Positions 1 to 12,700 of a stretch of 64,000 nt of DNA are shown one piece after another. Position 1 is the stretch's first letter; each line of letters starts with the position of its first letter. The stretch comes from Octopus sinensis (taxonomy: Eukaryota). A program made the position numbers and the translations under genes. The stretch is from the NCBI RefSeq assembly GCF_006345805.1, contig NC_042998.1, positions 195,176,001-195,240,000 of the forward strand, read 5' to 3'. The notes beneath the pieces were generated by a model that was given only the letters and a program-made list of their open reading frames with translations, searched no databases and was not told the origin of the DNA.

Positions 1-155
1 GCACACCACACCCGTCCAACTTTCCTCTCAGGGCACTTACACTCTGTTGTGTATGCACACTGACATTACACATTTAGCGGAAAATACTAGCATCATTTCT
101 TGCAAGCTTAAGCATGTCCTCAGCAGTCACAGCCCATGTTTCACTGCCATGTAGT
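1..155 (-). mobile_element. RTE-clade LINE fragment (post-RT region)
   Basis: Minus translation LHGSETWAVTAEDMLKLARNDASIFR*MCNVS carries the YGSETW-type motif of RTE ORFs, with an internal stop. Confidence 0.7.
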
Positions 156-683
156 TACCATTTAGCTACCATTGGATGTTGATATTGTGCACACACACTG
201 CTTCCACATTTTCTTCTGTAATGTTGATAGCATGTCAAACTACACACACTGAACTAGCGAGTTCCACCTACATGGGATAGAGGTATGGTGTGCTAAATTG
301 ACATACCTAGTATGGAATAAAGGTGTGGTCTGCTGAATTTTACTCACTCTTCTACCGAATATAGGGGTGATGTACTGCATTATTTATACCCTTCATATAT
401 AGGTAGGATATAGTCTATTGAACTGACTCATCTCTGTATGGGGTAGAAGTGTGGTCCACACAAACTTGCTTCATCCGTTACTGATACTTATTTGAATGTT
501 AAACATTATAAGCAACAGTTTCAGAAAGAAAATTAACATTGTCACACTGAAGGAATTTGAACTCTGTATCAGTTACTTTCTGGACGACTATATTACTGAT
601 TATGCAATAGAACACTTGCACTTTATAAACAGTACCTTTATTGCTGGATACATTACAGAACACCTGTAATATATATCCAGTAA

Positions 684-1620
684 CTGTCTTATTTGATACG
701 TAACAGAACACCCGTGTTGTATAACCAGTAATTACACTACTAATTATACTACAGGATATCTGCACTGCATAAGCAATAACTGCATTACTAGTTACACTAT
801 AGATCAACTGCAATATAAAATCAGTAGCTAGATTAACGATTTCACAATAGAAAACCTGAATTTTATAACCATAACATAGTTGCCAGGTAAGCAATAACTA
901 TATATTTCATGTCCTGTCAGAGAAGCCAGCCAGTCTCTAGACAGTATTTATAGTGTTTAATGTTATTTATAATGTTCAAATCTTCACAGTTAATAATTTC
1001 ATATATATTTTATTGACTCAAAAAGGGGTCAATAAAATATGTAGTAGACTTCAGTGAGATTTGAACTTATAATGTAAAAAGGTAAAATTCCTACGAATTC
1101 ACCAAGCTGGAGTAAACTGTACTTTACATACCCACTGTAAGCTGCCTAGCTAAGATCTAAGCTGCCTGGCTAAGATCTAGGTTAATGGAGCAGAGACCAC
1201 CTGAAACTTAGGAGGGTAACTTTTCAAGGTAACCTTTGAAAGTGAAAATACTAGGATTGATACAATGATAATAGGAGAGGGAGGAGGAGGTTTATAAGAG
1301 AGAGTAACAGAAAAGGAGATCAGATAACTAACCCAAATAGTTATAGCCTGCAAAGGATATATTTCTATCATTCCACACTACAGCCAGACAAAGGGCTGAT
1401 TTTTACAGAAACAGGGTTTAGTCACCTGTCTTATTTGATACGTAGCAGAACACCTGTGTTGTATACTAATTATACTACAGGATATCTGCACTGTATAAGC
1501 AATAACTGCATTACTAGTTACACTATAGATCAACTGCAATATAAGATCAGTAGCTAGATTAACAATTTCACAATAGAAAACCTGCATTTCATAACCATAA
1601 CATAGTTGCCAGGTAAGCAA
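684..1620. repeat. Local direct duplication of about 200 bp (684-895 and 1426-1620)
   Basis: The text ctgtcttatttgatacgt...catagttgccaggtaagcaa occurs twice, nearly identical. This explains the twin ORFs 499..894 and 1378..1620. Confidence 0.9.
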
Positions 1621-2222
1621 CTATACTAGTATGCTACTAGTGTAAACCACCTGCCTCTCATCTTTTTGATTAGTGGCTTCCTGTTAGATTCCATTATCAC
1701 AGCATGCACCACCAGAGTTCTCTCTGATTCCCATTCTGTTAATTCCGGTTTACCTGAAAGTACAATTTTCTCCTTCATACCCTTTGTCCTATACATCAAT
1801 GACATTGCTATTATCTTCAATAACAATCACTCTTTGCAGATGATACACTCTCCTTCATACCTTCCTACACCAGAGCACCATCTGTATGGAACTTAGACAT
1901 CACACATGGAATCAACCTTAACTCTATAAGCAGAAACCTCAACAACATTCTCTAACGGGTTTCTACTAATCTGGTCTCCTTCAACAGTACAAATACGCAA
2001 TCACATATCAACAAAACATTACTACACTTACACTTCATCTAGCCTTAAACACGAGCAGCACATAACTAGAGTCCTTCTAATAATTCAAATGCTAAGTTTT
2101 GAGCAGATCACTCCTGCTAAATTCACATTCTTAATGTAGCAAACACACAGCTCAATGATTAGCTTCTCCCTTCTGGGACAGAGCAAAAACTAACCCTCTC
2201 AAAGTTCAGTTGAAACCAAACT

Positions 2223-2485
2223 ACAGTGGAGAAGGCTAGCCACTGGATTTGGTTAAAAAGAGACGATGAGCGATGGCTAGAAGGATATTGAGCTTTATTT
2301 GATATCCAGTCGATCTAGCAAGCGGGGCCTCATATCAGTGAGGTGGGGGCGGTGCGCATTGATGCCGTCGAGAGGTTGGCCCCGAAACGGCACGCATTCT
2401 CTCTTGATGACCCAATACACTTGCTGGTTTCCGGTATGTGGAGTTTTTGACTGGTAGCACTTGCATGTGCAAGTTGGTTGCAAGA
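2223..2485 (+). mobile_element. 3' end of a HERO-like (restriction-like endonuclease) non-LTR element
   Basis: TVEKASHWIWLKRDDERWLEGY* (2223-2291) resembles the recalled AERASxWLWLKR C-terminus of HERO-type elements. It is followed by a GC-rich 3' UTR. Confidence 0.5.
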
Positions 2486-2582
2486 CATTTGGGATGGTGC
2501 TGCTGCTACGCATAAAATATCACAGTTTATATCCAAAGAAAGGCTGCTCAACTAATTGGTACGAAGTCACTCAAAACAATAC

Positions 2583-2870
2583 TTTTCAGTCATTTGACTA
2601 TGACCATGCTGGAGCACCGCCTTTTTCGAGCAAATCGACCCCAGGACTTATTCTTTGTGTGTCTAGTATTTATTCTATTGGTCTCTTTTGCCGAACCACT
2701 AAGTTACGGGGATGTAAGCACACCACCATCGGTTGTCAAGCAATGTTGGGGGGGACAAACACAGACACACAAACATACACACACACACACATATGACGGA
2801 CTTCTTTCAGTTTCCATCAATCAAATCCACTCTCAAGGCTTTGGTCGGCCCGAGGCTATAGTAGAAAACA
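2583..2870 (-). mobile_element. SINE family A copy (5'-truncated)
   Basis: Reverse complement of the family A body seen at 5007, 13257 and 54121. Confidence 0.85.
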
Positions 2871-3089
2871 ATACTCTCTCCTCCTCTCTCTCTACCTTTT
2901 CTACTCCAGCTGTAATAACTTCTGGGGCTCTGTGCTGGCTGCTCTCACGTCACACTGCTCCGGCATTTCCAGTTTACTTGGTTCTCTTCTTTCGCTCCTC
3001 ACCCATGCATTCAGTCTCTTCAGACCAAATACTAACAGCTGTACTCAATCCTTTCTTCACAGAATATTGACCTATGAAAATTCTCTCTC

Positions 3090-3537
3090 CGGCTTCCGTG
3101 CCAGAGGCACATAAAAAGGGCACCATTCGAGTGTGATCATTACCAGCGTTGCCTTACTGGCACTTGTGCCAGTGCTAGTAGGGTGCCAAGACCATCATCC
3201 GAGCGTGATCGTTGCTAGAGCAACTAACTGGTTCCGTGCCCGCGGCACATAAAAGGGCACCATTCGAGCACTATCGTTACCAACGTCACCTTACTGGCAC
3301 CTGTGCCGGTGGTATGTGTAAAAAGATTCGAGCGAGGTCATTGCCAGTACTGCCTGACTGGCCCCCATGCCAGTGGCACGTAAAAAGCACCCACTACACT
3401 CTCGGAGTGGTTGGCATTAGGAAGGGCATCCAGCTATAGAAACTGGCTGTCTGGTTCGCCAACCCTCAGTCAAAATCGTCCAACCCATGCTAGCATGGAA
3501 AGCGGACGTTAAACGATGATGATGATGATGATGATGA
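3090..3537 (+). mobile_element. Non-autonomous retroposon with internal subrepeats and (GAT)n tail
   Basis: Three copies of a gtgcc..ggcac(a/g)taaaa..gcacc subrepeat, a ggttggcattaggaagggcatccagc motif, and a terminal (GAT)n. Confidence 0.55.
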
Positions 3538-3851
3538 GTAGTCATCAATTTTAGAAAAATTTAAGCAGAATTTTAACAATATCAATCTCAGTATCTTGGA
3601 GGCTTTTGAAGGGCAAAGGCACAGGCTCTTGTGGGATAATTTGCATATAGTGGACTTGTGGGATGTACTGTATAAGTGAACCTGTGGGACAATTTGTACA
3701 AAATCATGAAAGATGGTAGAAAGAGGAATTATGAGACATTTTTGTATTATGCAGGTAGTTGTAGGATATGTTACAAAGAGAAGTGTGGGGTGCTTTAAAA
3801 CAAAGGAAATATGTGACAGAACAATTGGTTTCTAAGACAACAACAGCTTAC

Positions 3852-3903
3852 CTTCAGATGAGGGTGCCTGTTCTTGTGCCTCATACAGCATACTCTTCAT
3901 TAC
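3852..3903 (-). CDS. XPR1: XPR1 second coding exon (52 nt): VMKSMLYEAQEQAPSSE + phase-1 G
   Basis: Acceptor tttacAG and donor GAAG|GTAAGC. It joins the previous exon in phase 0 and matches recalled human AFKDMLYSAQDQAPSVE. I found no third exon in 1-3851, so the gene probably continues left of the window. Confidence 0.92.
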
Positions 3904-4167
3904 CTGTAAAGTGATAAAGAACCAGTTGAATTTCTTATTTGGTAACAACAATATTGAACAAGGAAAACTGAATAATTGGAGATTATTTGGGTGTCAATAA
4001 GAAACTAATTCCCTAAGTTGTCAGGACTGTCTTCGGTCACCAGATTACTATTATTACAGAGTCTAATACACTTAACACTTGGGAAATACTTCTGTCCTCT
4101 CCTCTATGAAGTAGTTGTGTTAACATCTGTTATCAGTTATGGGGAGATGCCATAGCAATAGATATAT

Positions 4168-4397
4168 GTTTCTTTATTACCCACAAGGGGCTAAACACAG
4201 AGGGGACAAACAAGGACAGACAAAGGGATTAAGTCGATTACATCGACCCCAGTGCGAAACTGGTACTTTGTTTATTGACCCCGAAAGGATGAAAGGCAAA
4301 GTCAACCTCAGCGGAATTTGGACTCAGAACGTAACGACAGACGAAATACTGCTAGGCATTTTGCCCGGCGTGCTAACGGTTCTGCCAGCTTGCCGCC
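4168..4397 (-). mobile_element. SINE family B monomer with target-site duplication
   Basis: tRNA-like head with a B-box-like gagt(t/c)caaattcc and the family core ttgcctttcatcctttcggggtc(g/a)at, which resembles the Meta/Sauria-type SINE domain. Flanked by the direct repeat catagcaatagata. Confidence 0.9.
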
Positions 4398-4524
4398 ATA
4401 GCAATAGATAGTTACCAAATGTGTGTGTGTGTGTCAGAGAGAGAGAGAGAGAAGATTATTAGGCTTATAGTTTAAATATGTAAAACAAATAATAAATATC
4501 TTTAAAGTCTTGAAGGTAGTTTAA

Positions 4525-4727
4525 CCCTTTCGTTACCAACCCGGCTGAAACCGCCTCTGGCTCTGTAGTACAAATATCTTGTTTTCATAAGTTTTGAATT
4601 AAAATCTCCCACCAAACTTTAGTCACAATTTATGTTCTCAACACTAGCTTAATGATAACTAAGTTATTTTACTAAATTCTTTGAATGAAACACAGAGCAT
4701 CTCAAAATAAATACGGTAACGAAAGGG
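4525..4727. mobile_element. piggyBac-like MITE
   Basis: TTAA|CCCTTTCGTTACC ... GGTAACGAAAGGG|TTAA: perfect 13-bp TIRs with TTAA duplication. Confidence 0.9.
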
Positions 4728-5006
4728 TTAAGGGTTCATGTTACTCTCTCCACAACCGTCACTCACAATTGTAAATCTGCTTCATTCATTATACTTTACT
4801 CTCTCTCTCATCATCTCACCTCAAATCATAACATCTCTCCAATTCTCCTTCAGTTATAGGAGCACCTTTAGTCTTGCTGGTGTCACAATTAAAAAAATAT
4901 ATCCATCAGTAGAAACCATACCAAAACAGAGGTTAGAGCATGATGCAGTGCTCCAGCTTGTCAGATCCTACCAAGCCAATTAACTGATGAATTTATTTAC
5001 CGATAG

Positions 5007-5421
5007 GTGCAGGAGTGGCTGTTTGGTAAGTAGCTGGTTTACCAGCCACATGGTTCCGGGTTCAGTCTCACTGCGTGGCATCTTGGGCAAGTACCTTCTA
5101 CTATAGCCTCGGGCCGACCAAAGCCTTGTGAATGGATTTGGTAGACGGAAACTGAAAGAAGCCCGTCGTATATATGTATGTTTATATAAATATGTGTGTG
5201 TATGTTTGTGTGTCTGTGTTTGTCCCCCTAGCATTGCTTGACAACCGATGCTGGTGTGTTTACGTCGCTGTCACTTAGCGGTTCGGCAAAAGAGACCGAT
5301 AGAATAAGTACTGGGCTTACAAAGAATAAGTCCCGGGGTTGATTTGCTCGACTAAAGGCAGTGCTCCAGCATGGCTGCAGTCAAATGACTGAAACAAGTA
5401 AAAGAGTAAAGGAGTAAAGAG
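5007..5421 (+). mobile_element. SINE family A full-length copy
   Basis: tRNA-like head (ggagtggctg...ggtaag; gggttcagtc), a cttgggcaagt motif, an internal (TA/TG)n, and a 3' end ccagcatggc...cagtcaaatgactgaaac plus (gtaaaaga)n. Confidence 0.9.
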
Positions 5422-5550
5422 TCATTTCTCTTTGATAATTCAGAAATGCAAATAGTTTTGAGAGTATGATGTGCTGTGAACAAGAAGACTGGTAGAAGTT
5501 AGTTTGAGGTGGAGGTGTTGATGATGATGATGATGAAGTGAGAATCTTAC

Positions 5551-5619
5551 CTCATACTGAATGTATTGCTTCCGCCACTCAGGCGTGATGTGAGCTCCAA
5601 GATGTTCAGCAAACTTCAT
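5551..5619 (-). CDS. XPR1: XPR1 (SPX-EXS phosphate exporter, SLC53A1), first coding exon: [23 protein letters not shown]
   Basis: The translation matches the recalled N-terminus of metazoan XPR1 (human [23 protein letters not shown]). The exon spans 5551-5650 with acceptor atttcAG and donor GAG|GTAAGA. An in-frame TGA lies 6 codons upstream of the ATG. Too short for the ORF track. Confidence 0.95.
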
Positions 5620-5650
5620 GCTGGATAAACTATCTCACAGAGTAAAATAT
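5620..5650 (-). other. XPR1: XPR1 5' UTR part of the ATG-containing exon
   Basis: 31 nt lie between a canonical acceptor (AG at 5652-5651, pyrimidine-rich upstream) and the ATG, implying an upstream non-coding exon. Confidence 0.75.
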
Positions 5651-5719
5651 CTGAAATATATACAATAGAGAGAAAAAATACACTATTATGTAACAACAAC
5701 AAGAACAACAACAATAATA

Positions 5720-5928
5720 ATCCTTTCTACTAAAAGCACATGGCCTGAAATTTGGGGGAGGGGACTAGTCAATTACATCGACCCCAGTGTTTCAATGGTA
5801 CTGTATTTACGGACCCAGAAAGGATGAAAGGCAAAGTTGACCTCAGTGGTATTTTAAACTCAGAATGTAAAGACAGATGAAATGTTACTAAGCATTTTGC
5901 CTGGCATGCTAATGATTCTGCCAACTCA
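5720..5928 (-). mobile_element. Old SINE family B copy with variant tail
   Basis: Family B core with many CpG to TpG/CpA decays. Confidence 0.75.
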
Positions 5929-5959
5929 TTACTACTACTACTACAACAACAACAACAAC

Positions 5960-6537
5960 AAATGCCCTGATGCAGTACCAGGCAGTGGCTCTTGTAGCTT
6001 CTGATCTTAACTAATTAAAAGGGTTATCATGTACATTGTTTTGTCTTGGTATAAAAGATGGGCTACAGCAAATATTCTGCTCAATATTACAGATTTGTTT
6101 GTCAGTTGTTTGACCGTAACCAGTTGAGCATGTCCCTTAGTGGCTGATGATATGTGCATCTCTGATCACCAGCAGAAGTAGTGGGGGAGCATCATAGCTG
6201 TGTGTTGAAAGGAATTCTTAGAGGTTTGGATAATTCACCTTTGGAAACAGGGGTGGTTTGTTCAACATCCTTAAACAATCCTTATTCAGGGACCTTTTGA
6301 GTGGGATGGGCTACTCGACCAGAAGAAAATTCTAGCTGGGCCCCACCTGCAAGGTCATGCGCTGTTTATCTTGATATGAGATCACCATGTTGCACACATA
6401 TGGTTGTGATGTATGTGCCTGGTGTACCCTTATCAGATGGGTAGTCATGATGGGTATACTGGGCTTCGTATATTTTACCCCAGTGTCACTTTGATGGCAT
6501 GCACTGCTCTCTCACTCAATAATAATAATAATAATAA
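5960..6537 (+). repeat. Probable interspersed retroposon remnant between (AAC)n and (AAT)n
   Basis: A block of distinct composition bracketed by trinucleotide tracts and ending in (AAT)n. Single copy in the window, family unassigned. Confidence 0.35.
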
Positions 6538-7176
6538 TCCTTTCTACTACAGGCACAAAGTCCCACCCAAGACCACTCAGACCCATCCTCCCCATACAGA
6601 CACCTAACCCACCCACACCCTCTCCCCACAGGAAAAAAAAAGAAGAAAGGAAACCACAAAATTTACAAGACCCCTCCCTCAGGGAAAAAGGTTACGTGTA
6701 AATGGAGGAGAGAGTGTTGTCACTCAGCGATGGGGAAAATGGTAAACAAAAGACTAGATCAAAGACTAAAGAGGACTCAGGACTCAGAGGTGGTGAGTGG
6801 TGTTACTCAGTGTAGGGTGAGTAGTACACTTTTCATATTCTCATTTCTCAAGTTATCATTCTTGTATCATTATTTTGATATTTTGATTTTAATATTTTTC
6901 ATGTTCCTTTCCATGTGTCTTCATAGCACCATATTTTAATTTTAATTGTTATATGTCCCCACATGTATTGTAGTGTCCCCCTCTATGTAATGCCTTTATG
7001 GCAATTTAAAAGAAATAAAGAAACTTCCTTCCCAGTTACATGGTTCTGGGTTCAGTCCCACGGCAAGGCAGATTGGGCAAGTGTCTTCTATTATAGCCTT
7101 GGGCTGATTGAAGCCTTGTGGATGGATTTGGTAGATGGAAACTGAAAGAAACCCATTGTGTGTGTGTGTGTGTGTA

Positions 7177-7504
7177 CTTCAAACTTGAACTCTTCAAAGC
7201 CACAGTCGAACCAATTCTACTATATGGCTCAGAAACCTGGATGTTATCAAAGAAGCTTGAGAGGCGGTTGGATGGAACCTACACTCGCCTCCTTATGAGA
7301 GCTCAAAATCTCTCGTGGAAGCGTCATCCAACCAAAGTACAAATATATGGGAAACTACCACCTGTGTCATTTCTTGTGAAAGGTAAGAGAGTCCAGTTTG
7401 CTGGACATTGTTGGAGAGCTGAAAAAGAGGTAATTTCTACTCTTCTCCTCTGGAAGCCATCTACTCGCAATACCAGAGGGTGCACACTCTCCTACCCTGA
7501 TGTA
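7177..7504 (+). mobile_element. RTE-group LINE fragment between two SINE A pieces
   Basis: FKATVEPILLYGSETW...LDGTYTRLLMRAQNLSWK...VQFAGHCWR (ORF 7118..7519). SINE A pieces lie at about 7020-7175 and 7505-7818. Confidence 0.85.
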
Positions 7505-7818
7505 AGTGTCTTCTACTAAAGCCTCGGGCCGACCAAAGCCTTGTGAGTGGATTTGGTAGACGGAAACTGAAAGAAGCCCATCGTATATATGTATGTGTGT
7601 GTGTGTGTGTATATGTTTGTGTGTCTGTATTTGTCCCCCCAACATTGCTTGACAACCGATGGTGGTGTGTTTACATCCCCGTAACTTAGTGGTTCGGCAA
7701 AAGAGACCGATAGAATAAATACTAGGCTCACAAAGAATAAGTCCTGGGGTCGATTTGCTCGAATAAAGGCGGTGCTCCAGCATGGCCACAGTCAAATGAC
7801 TGAAACAAGTAAACGAGT
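7505..7818 (+). mobile_element. SINE family A copy (headless)
   Basis: Family A body and 3' tail. Confidence 0.85.
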
Positions 7819-7971
7819 CTGTTTGAAGAATTAAGAAATATTTTTTTTTAATGTCCACTTTCCCAAATGTGCATAGAATTCACTGAGGCAGATTTTTCTC
7901 CAGCTGGACACCCATCCTGTTGCCAGCCACCACCTGTTTCCAGGTTAGGTAATATTTCTCTATGGCTAGAC

Positions 7972-8683
7972 CAGTGGCGGCTTGTAGATAAAATTAGTGG
8001 GGGTGCTGCTTCAGAAAATGTTTAGTTGTTGTTTTAATATTGTATAAAAGGAAACAAACATATAAAAAGAAAATTTTATACATAAACTTGATCGGTTCGC
8101 GTTTTAGCCTTTGCCAGGTAATGTGTTTAATTTGTTCACTGAACACTACTGCAAATTCCCCTTTGTTTTTCAAAAATCCCACCTAAATCACAAAATAAGG
8201 GGGGAAAAATCTGCCCTAATTTTCATATCCTGGCAGTAACACTAGCTGGAAGCAGGATAATAATCTAATTCTACACTTTATCCCATTCAAGAATATAAAC
8301 ACATTTTTAAGCACAACACACACACACACACAGTCAAAAAGAAACACTACCTTTCTCCAGCACATCAGGGGCGGCACTGATGAACGACAGTGCTCTCTTC
8401 CCCTAGTGTGCAGCTTCCTATCTCGGACGTGTGAGCATGTGCACAACAACCAAACACCACGTCGCTGGAACTGTGAATCACACAATTCTATACGAGGACT
8501 TTTGTATTTTTTTTTCATAAACTAGGAGATGGTTACTGATATTAAGCTTAAGGGTTATATACTGTACAAGTATAAAGAAAGAATTAAAGAAAAAAGGACT
8601 CATTATATTGAATGTTATCGATAATATCGAGTGGAAATAGGGGATGCTGCAGTTCCGCAGAGCTTATACACGAGCCACCACTG
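7972..8683. mobile_element. Non-autonomous hAT element
   Basis: Termini CAGTGGCGGCTTGT and ACGAGCCACCACTG form imperfect TIRs. The 8-bp TSD is ggctagac/agctagac. Confidence 0.8.
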
Positions 8684-11324
8684 AGCTAGACATATCTATA
8701 CAGTAGGATGGAAATGAACGAAACCACTTGTATGAGGAAAATACTTCTTTACAACTATCATGTGATGACAAAGAAACACAAACACGTGCACATCTAGTTC
8801 CTCACGCGCACATATATATTCATAAACATACATAAATATATATATATAGGGTGGGCTTCTTTCACTTTCCGTCTAGCAAATCTATTCACAAGGCTTTGAT
8901 TGACCTGAGGCTATACATAAACGTGGTTGACAATTTGAATCAAAAGCGCAATGAACAAAATAAACTTGATGTGTCTAGTTATGTCCCTTTTACGCACTGA
9001 GTTCAAATCAGACTGGGGCTGATTTTGCTTTTCCACTTTCTGGAGTCAAGAATATGAGCATTTGTGTGAATATACTTAATATGTCACCAAAGTTAACACC
9101 AGCAGCTGGCCCTTGAGTTCCTTTGGTAGATTTTACTCTATTGCAAGCATTCAGACCAGGGATTTGGTGTAAGGATAGTTTATGAATTACGGCTTGTTCC
9201 TTACTTTTCTCTTCAATACTCCTGGAGGCCTTACGCGGGAGTACGCACATACACCACACATGCATGTACAACGTCATGAGATCTATACTTCCTCCTCTAA
9301 ATAAACTAAAAAAAAAACGTAATTAAGCATAACTTTGAAGGCAGTATCCCAGAATGGCCACATTTCAACGACTGAAATTAGCAAAAGAATAAGATAGTTG
9401 AACTGTTGTTGAACTGAATGAAAACTATACTATTTAATCATCTTGATGTTGTTATTTAGACACAAATTAGTTCTGATCTAGCAGACCCCATGCTCAAGTA
9501 TAGCTGTGTGGTTACAAATCGTGCATTGTAACCAATTGGTCCCAAGTTCAATCCCACTGCATTGTTTATCAGGGGGATAAATCCTACAACAGGTTCCTTA
9601 TATGAACGGACAGGAATTGTGAAGAAGCTGGTCAAATGCATAAATAATAGCCCTTAAATGACTGCACAGTTTGATAATGATAATTCTCTCTGCTATGGGT
9701 ACACAACCAGAATTTTTAAGGGGAGGGAAGAGTCGATTACATCGACCCCTACTGGTCAACTGGTATCTATTTTACCGACCCCGAAAGCGACATTTGAATA
9801 ATGACTATACCATCTTTTATTCAGACTGTATCTGGGACTACAGTATACAATAGTCTTCCCTTTGTCTTAAGATGACATGGTATGGTTTGAGGGAGATTAG
9901 TTTGCCTTTTTCAAACGTGTTCCAGCCACCATCGCTCCAAAATACATTTATCACTATCACCACATATAACCACTGGCCCACCTCATCACCACCACCAACA
10001 TACAGCCGCCACTACTACTACTACCATTCAAACAACTACCATCATAGCAACATGCAGATATCACAACCACCACCACACCAACGTACATCCATTACTAACG
10101 TCACCAATACTATGATGGTTATTGCCACCATCATCACCACCACCACCACCACTACAACATAAGGGCATTACTATCATCCCCACCACAACGATACAATAAC
10201 CATCACTACAACAACACAGCCACCATCACCAACATCACAACATACAAACACTATCATCACTATTGCTGCAATCACAGTCACTACTACCTCCTCCTCCAAC
10301 ACCATCAGCCACTACAATCATCCATCTAACGACACACTTATTTCTTCTGTTGTTCTACATTCAGATTTAATCAGTACGTATCATGTGCCGATTCACTTTA
10401 CGCAATCTGTAGTGGCCTGGTTACGGGTTACAGTAAGTCCTTGAGAGGGTACCACCAAAATAAGGTTGAGGTGGAGAATTCCACTAAATCCACAGACGAA
10501 ATCTCTAAAAATTCATTAAAACAAAAAAAGCTTTCATCCTTAAGATCTAAATAGTTATTTACTATAAATTGCAAACGTAAGAATTTGTTACTTTAAAGAT
10601 TCGTTATTTTTCTCAGTGCAGACGAACCTCTAACAAGTTCTTATTTCCTTGCTATTTTCTTGCATTAAAAAAGTATATTCACCACCGTTTTTATAAGGAA
10701 ATCATTACCTATAGAATATTTCCTTCTGATGTAGGTATGAAGGAATCGGGGTCTATAGCAGCTGTTTTCTCTAAGGGCATTAGCAAAGTGGAAACAAACG
10801 GCCCAAAGAGAATCGAAACAGGGTCACGGACTTGATGCATCAGTAGCTAACCTATATTCTTTTTATTTAGTGAAATAAGTTGCTTTCAAAGAGCACTGCT
10901 TAGGTAAATAAATTAAATTTCTTTTTGCATAAAGACTAAAGTTTATGCCTCACATAACAACGAACTTAACATACATAGGTACACATAGTACAGTATTTAT
11001 TTCGGAGGGGGTTTGAGATTATGGGACAGGGCTTTCCAAGGGCAAAAGTGAAGCGAAACAGCGAATCGAGGTATATCTCGATTATCCAACAGTTTTCGAA
11101 TCCGCTACGATGCTCTCAACATACATTAAATTAATATGAATATCTTTTGCCACAATACATCCCTGCAGTTTTATAAGGAGGAAGTGGGTCTTCTTGATTG
11201 AATCGAACTCGAAGATATGCGCAAGGTTTATCGAAGTGAATGCGAGTTAGAGGACAAACAAGGACCCAGCAGTAATTGCTGATATCAATATTATTAGTAG
11301 TAGTGGTGGTGTGAATTTAGTGCT

Positions 11325-11495
11325 GTCGTTAGCCCCAAATTAGCCCTGATCGAGCAGACCTATGACCAAAGCCGTTCCAGTCTTGCCTTTTCATATCTAG
11401 GACTATATTATAAAATGTGCCCTTTCTTTCTAAGTTAATAAAGATGTGATTTGAGGGAGATTTCACTGATATTGTCTTACAGGTCGAGCATACTC
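11325..11495 (+). repeat. Old interspersed repeat family D (other copies at about 16200-16370 -, 19700-19880, 28535-28580, 35465-35665, 54620-54720 -)
   Basis: Recurrent motifs ttagcccc..ctgatcgagcagacctatga..ttccag and ttgagggagattt..ctatttctagcaggtcgag in diverged copies. Confidence 0.55.
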
Positions 11496-11863
11496 GCCGG
11501 ATCGTATCTAGTAGGTAGTGGCCATGGAAGGGTATTATTAAAGTTAGTAATTAAATAGTGAAAGGATAAAAACACATCAAAGTAACAACTTAATACGGTG
11601 TTCATTATGACTAATGGTGAGGTCGCCTGGGCGGGGGAATGCATAATTATCAGAGATTATGGTGTACATAGTCACATCGGAAGTGTGCGTAGAGTGCATA
11701 TGTAATATACATTAAGACAATTTATTTGTACGTTTAGAATATATATAGACAATTATATAGACAGGTGTTGAGTATACTTAGAGTGCATATAACATAATAA
11801 CGTATATACACAGGACTGTAGTATGGAAAACGGATTTTTGTGGAAGGGATCTGATCGTATGTG

Positions 11864-11904
<41 letters not shown>

Positions 11905-12401
11905 TGCAAACGTATCAGTATATAATATACACTTCATGCACATATATATATATGCATGAAGTGTATATTATATAGGGATACGTTTGCAGTATATGTGAAG
12001 TGCATGAGTATGGTTTAAGGGAGATTTGGTAGTTATTTCTAGCCGGTAGTGCGATCCCGTAGAGATATCCTCGTTGGTTCGTGTAATTGTGTGTGTGTGT
12101 GTGTGTATACACTTAATTATAGAGATTTGTGTGAGCAGCAAAAAGAACAATAACTTGTAAACATTCCGTGGCAAAAAAAAAAAAACATAAACAATGTTGC
12201 AGATAAATAAATAGATATATATATATGGAGAAACACATAGATATATTGAGACAAAGAGAGATAGGTAGATGTAGGTAGTTATATAAATTAACGTGGTTGA
12301 GTGCGTGCGAAAGAGTAAAAGAGAGAGAAAGTAGGAGCTGAAAAGAGATAAATAGTTCTGCAGAAGATGTAAATAAGAAATAGAACAAATTGGAAACTTA
12401 C

Positions 12402-12700
12402 TAAGGCTTTTTTCATGTGCGCAATTATAAAATACGAAATTAACGTTTCTCGTTGAGACAAAAAGCATCGATATTCTGTAATTATAAAATATATACGGCA
12501 GTGCAGTTATCGGTAGCTATAAACATACGAGGATAACAGAGCTGCAATGGACAACCATATCGTCCCAGCTTCTAAATCCAAGAATCATTTAAGCTTAAAG
12601 CTCGAATGTTTTCACGATTCTGCTAAACGGATGTGACGTAATTGCTACACTCGACTCCCGACCCTCCCATTTTCTCATCATCTTACGTATTGTCCGGTTA
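12402..12700 (-). promoter_or_regulatory. Candidate non-coding first exon/promoter of XPR1
   Basis: A consensus donor GTAAGT starts at 12401 on the minus strand and is followed by a pyrimidine-rich tract. The sequence is unique and retains CpGs, with a CRE-like TGACGTAA at about 12634. Inference only. Confidence 0.35.

Larger units (their letters stand above)
1640..3085 (+). mobile_element. Degenerate L2/CR1/Jockey-group LINE RT and C-terminal fragment, interrupted by nested insertions
   Basis: Remnants SVNSGLPESTIFSFIPFVLYINDI (decayed GVPQGS...LYINDL), LFADDT at about 1830, and IWDGAAATH and IQRKAAQLIG at about 2487-2560. Confidence 0.7.

Noticed and set aside
2870-3071. Possible XPR1 exon 3 (ttttcatAG acceptor on the minus strand)
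   Set aside because: The phase-1 translation GQYSVKKG...TK* has no SPX similarity and hits a stop. The region is better explained as a plus-strand LINE remnant.
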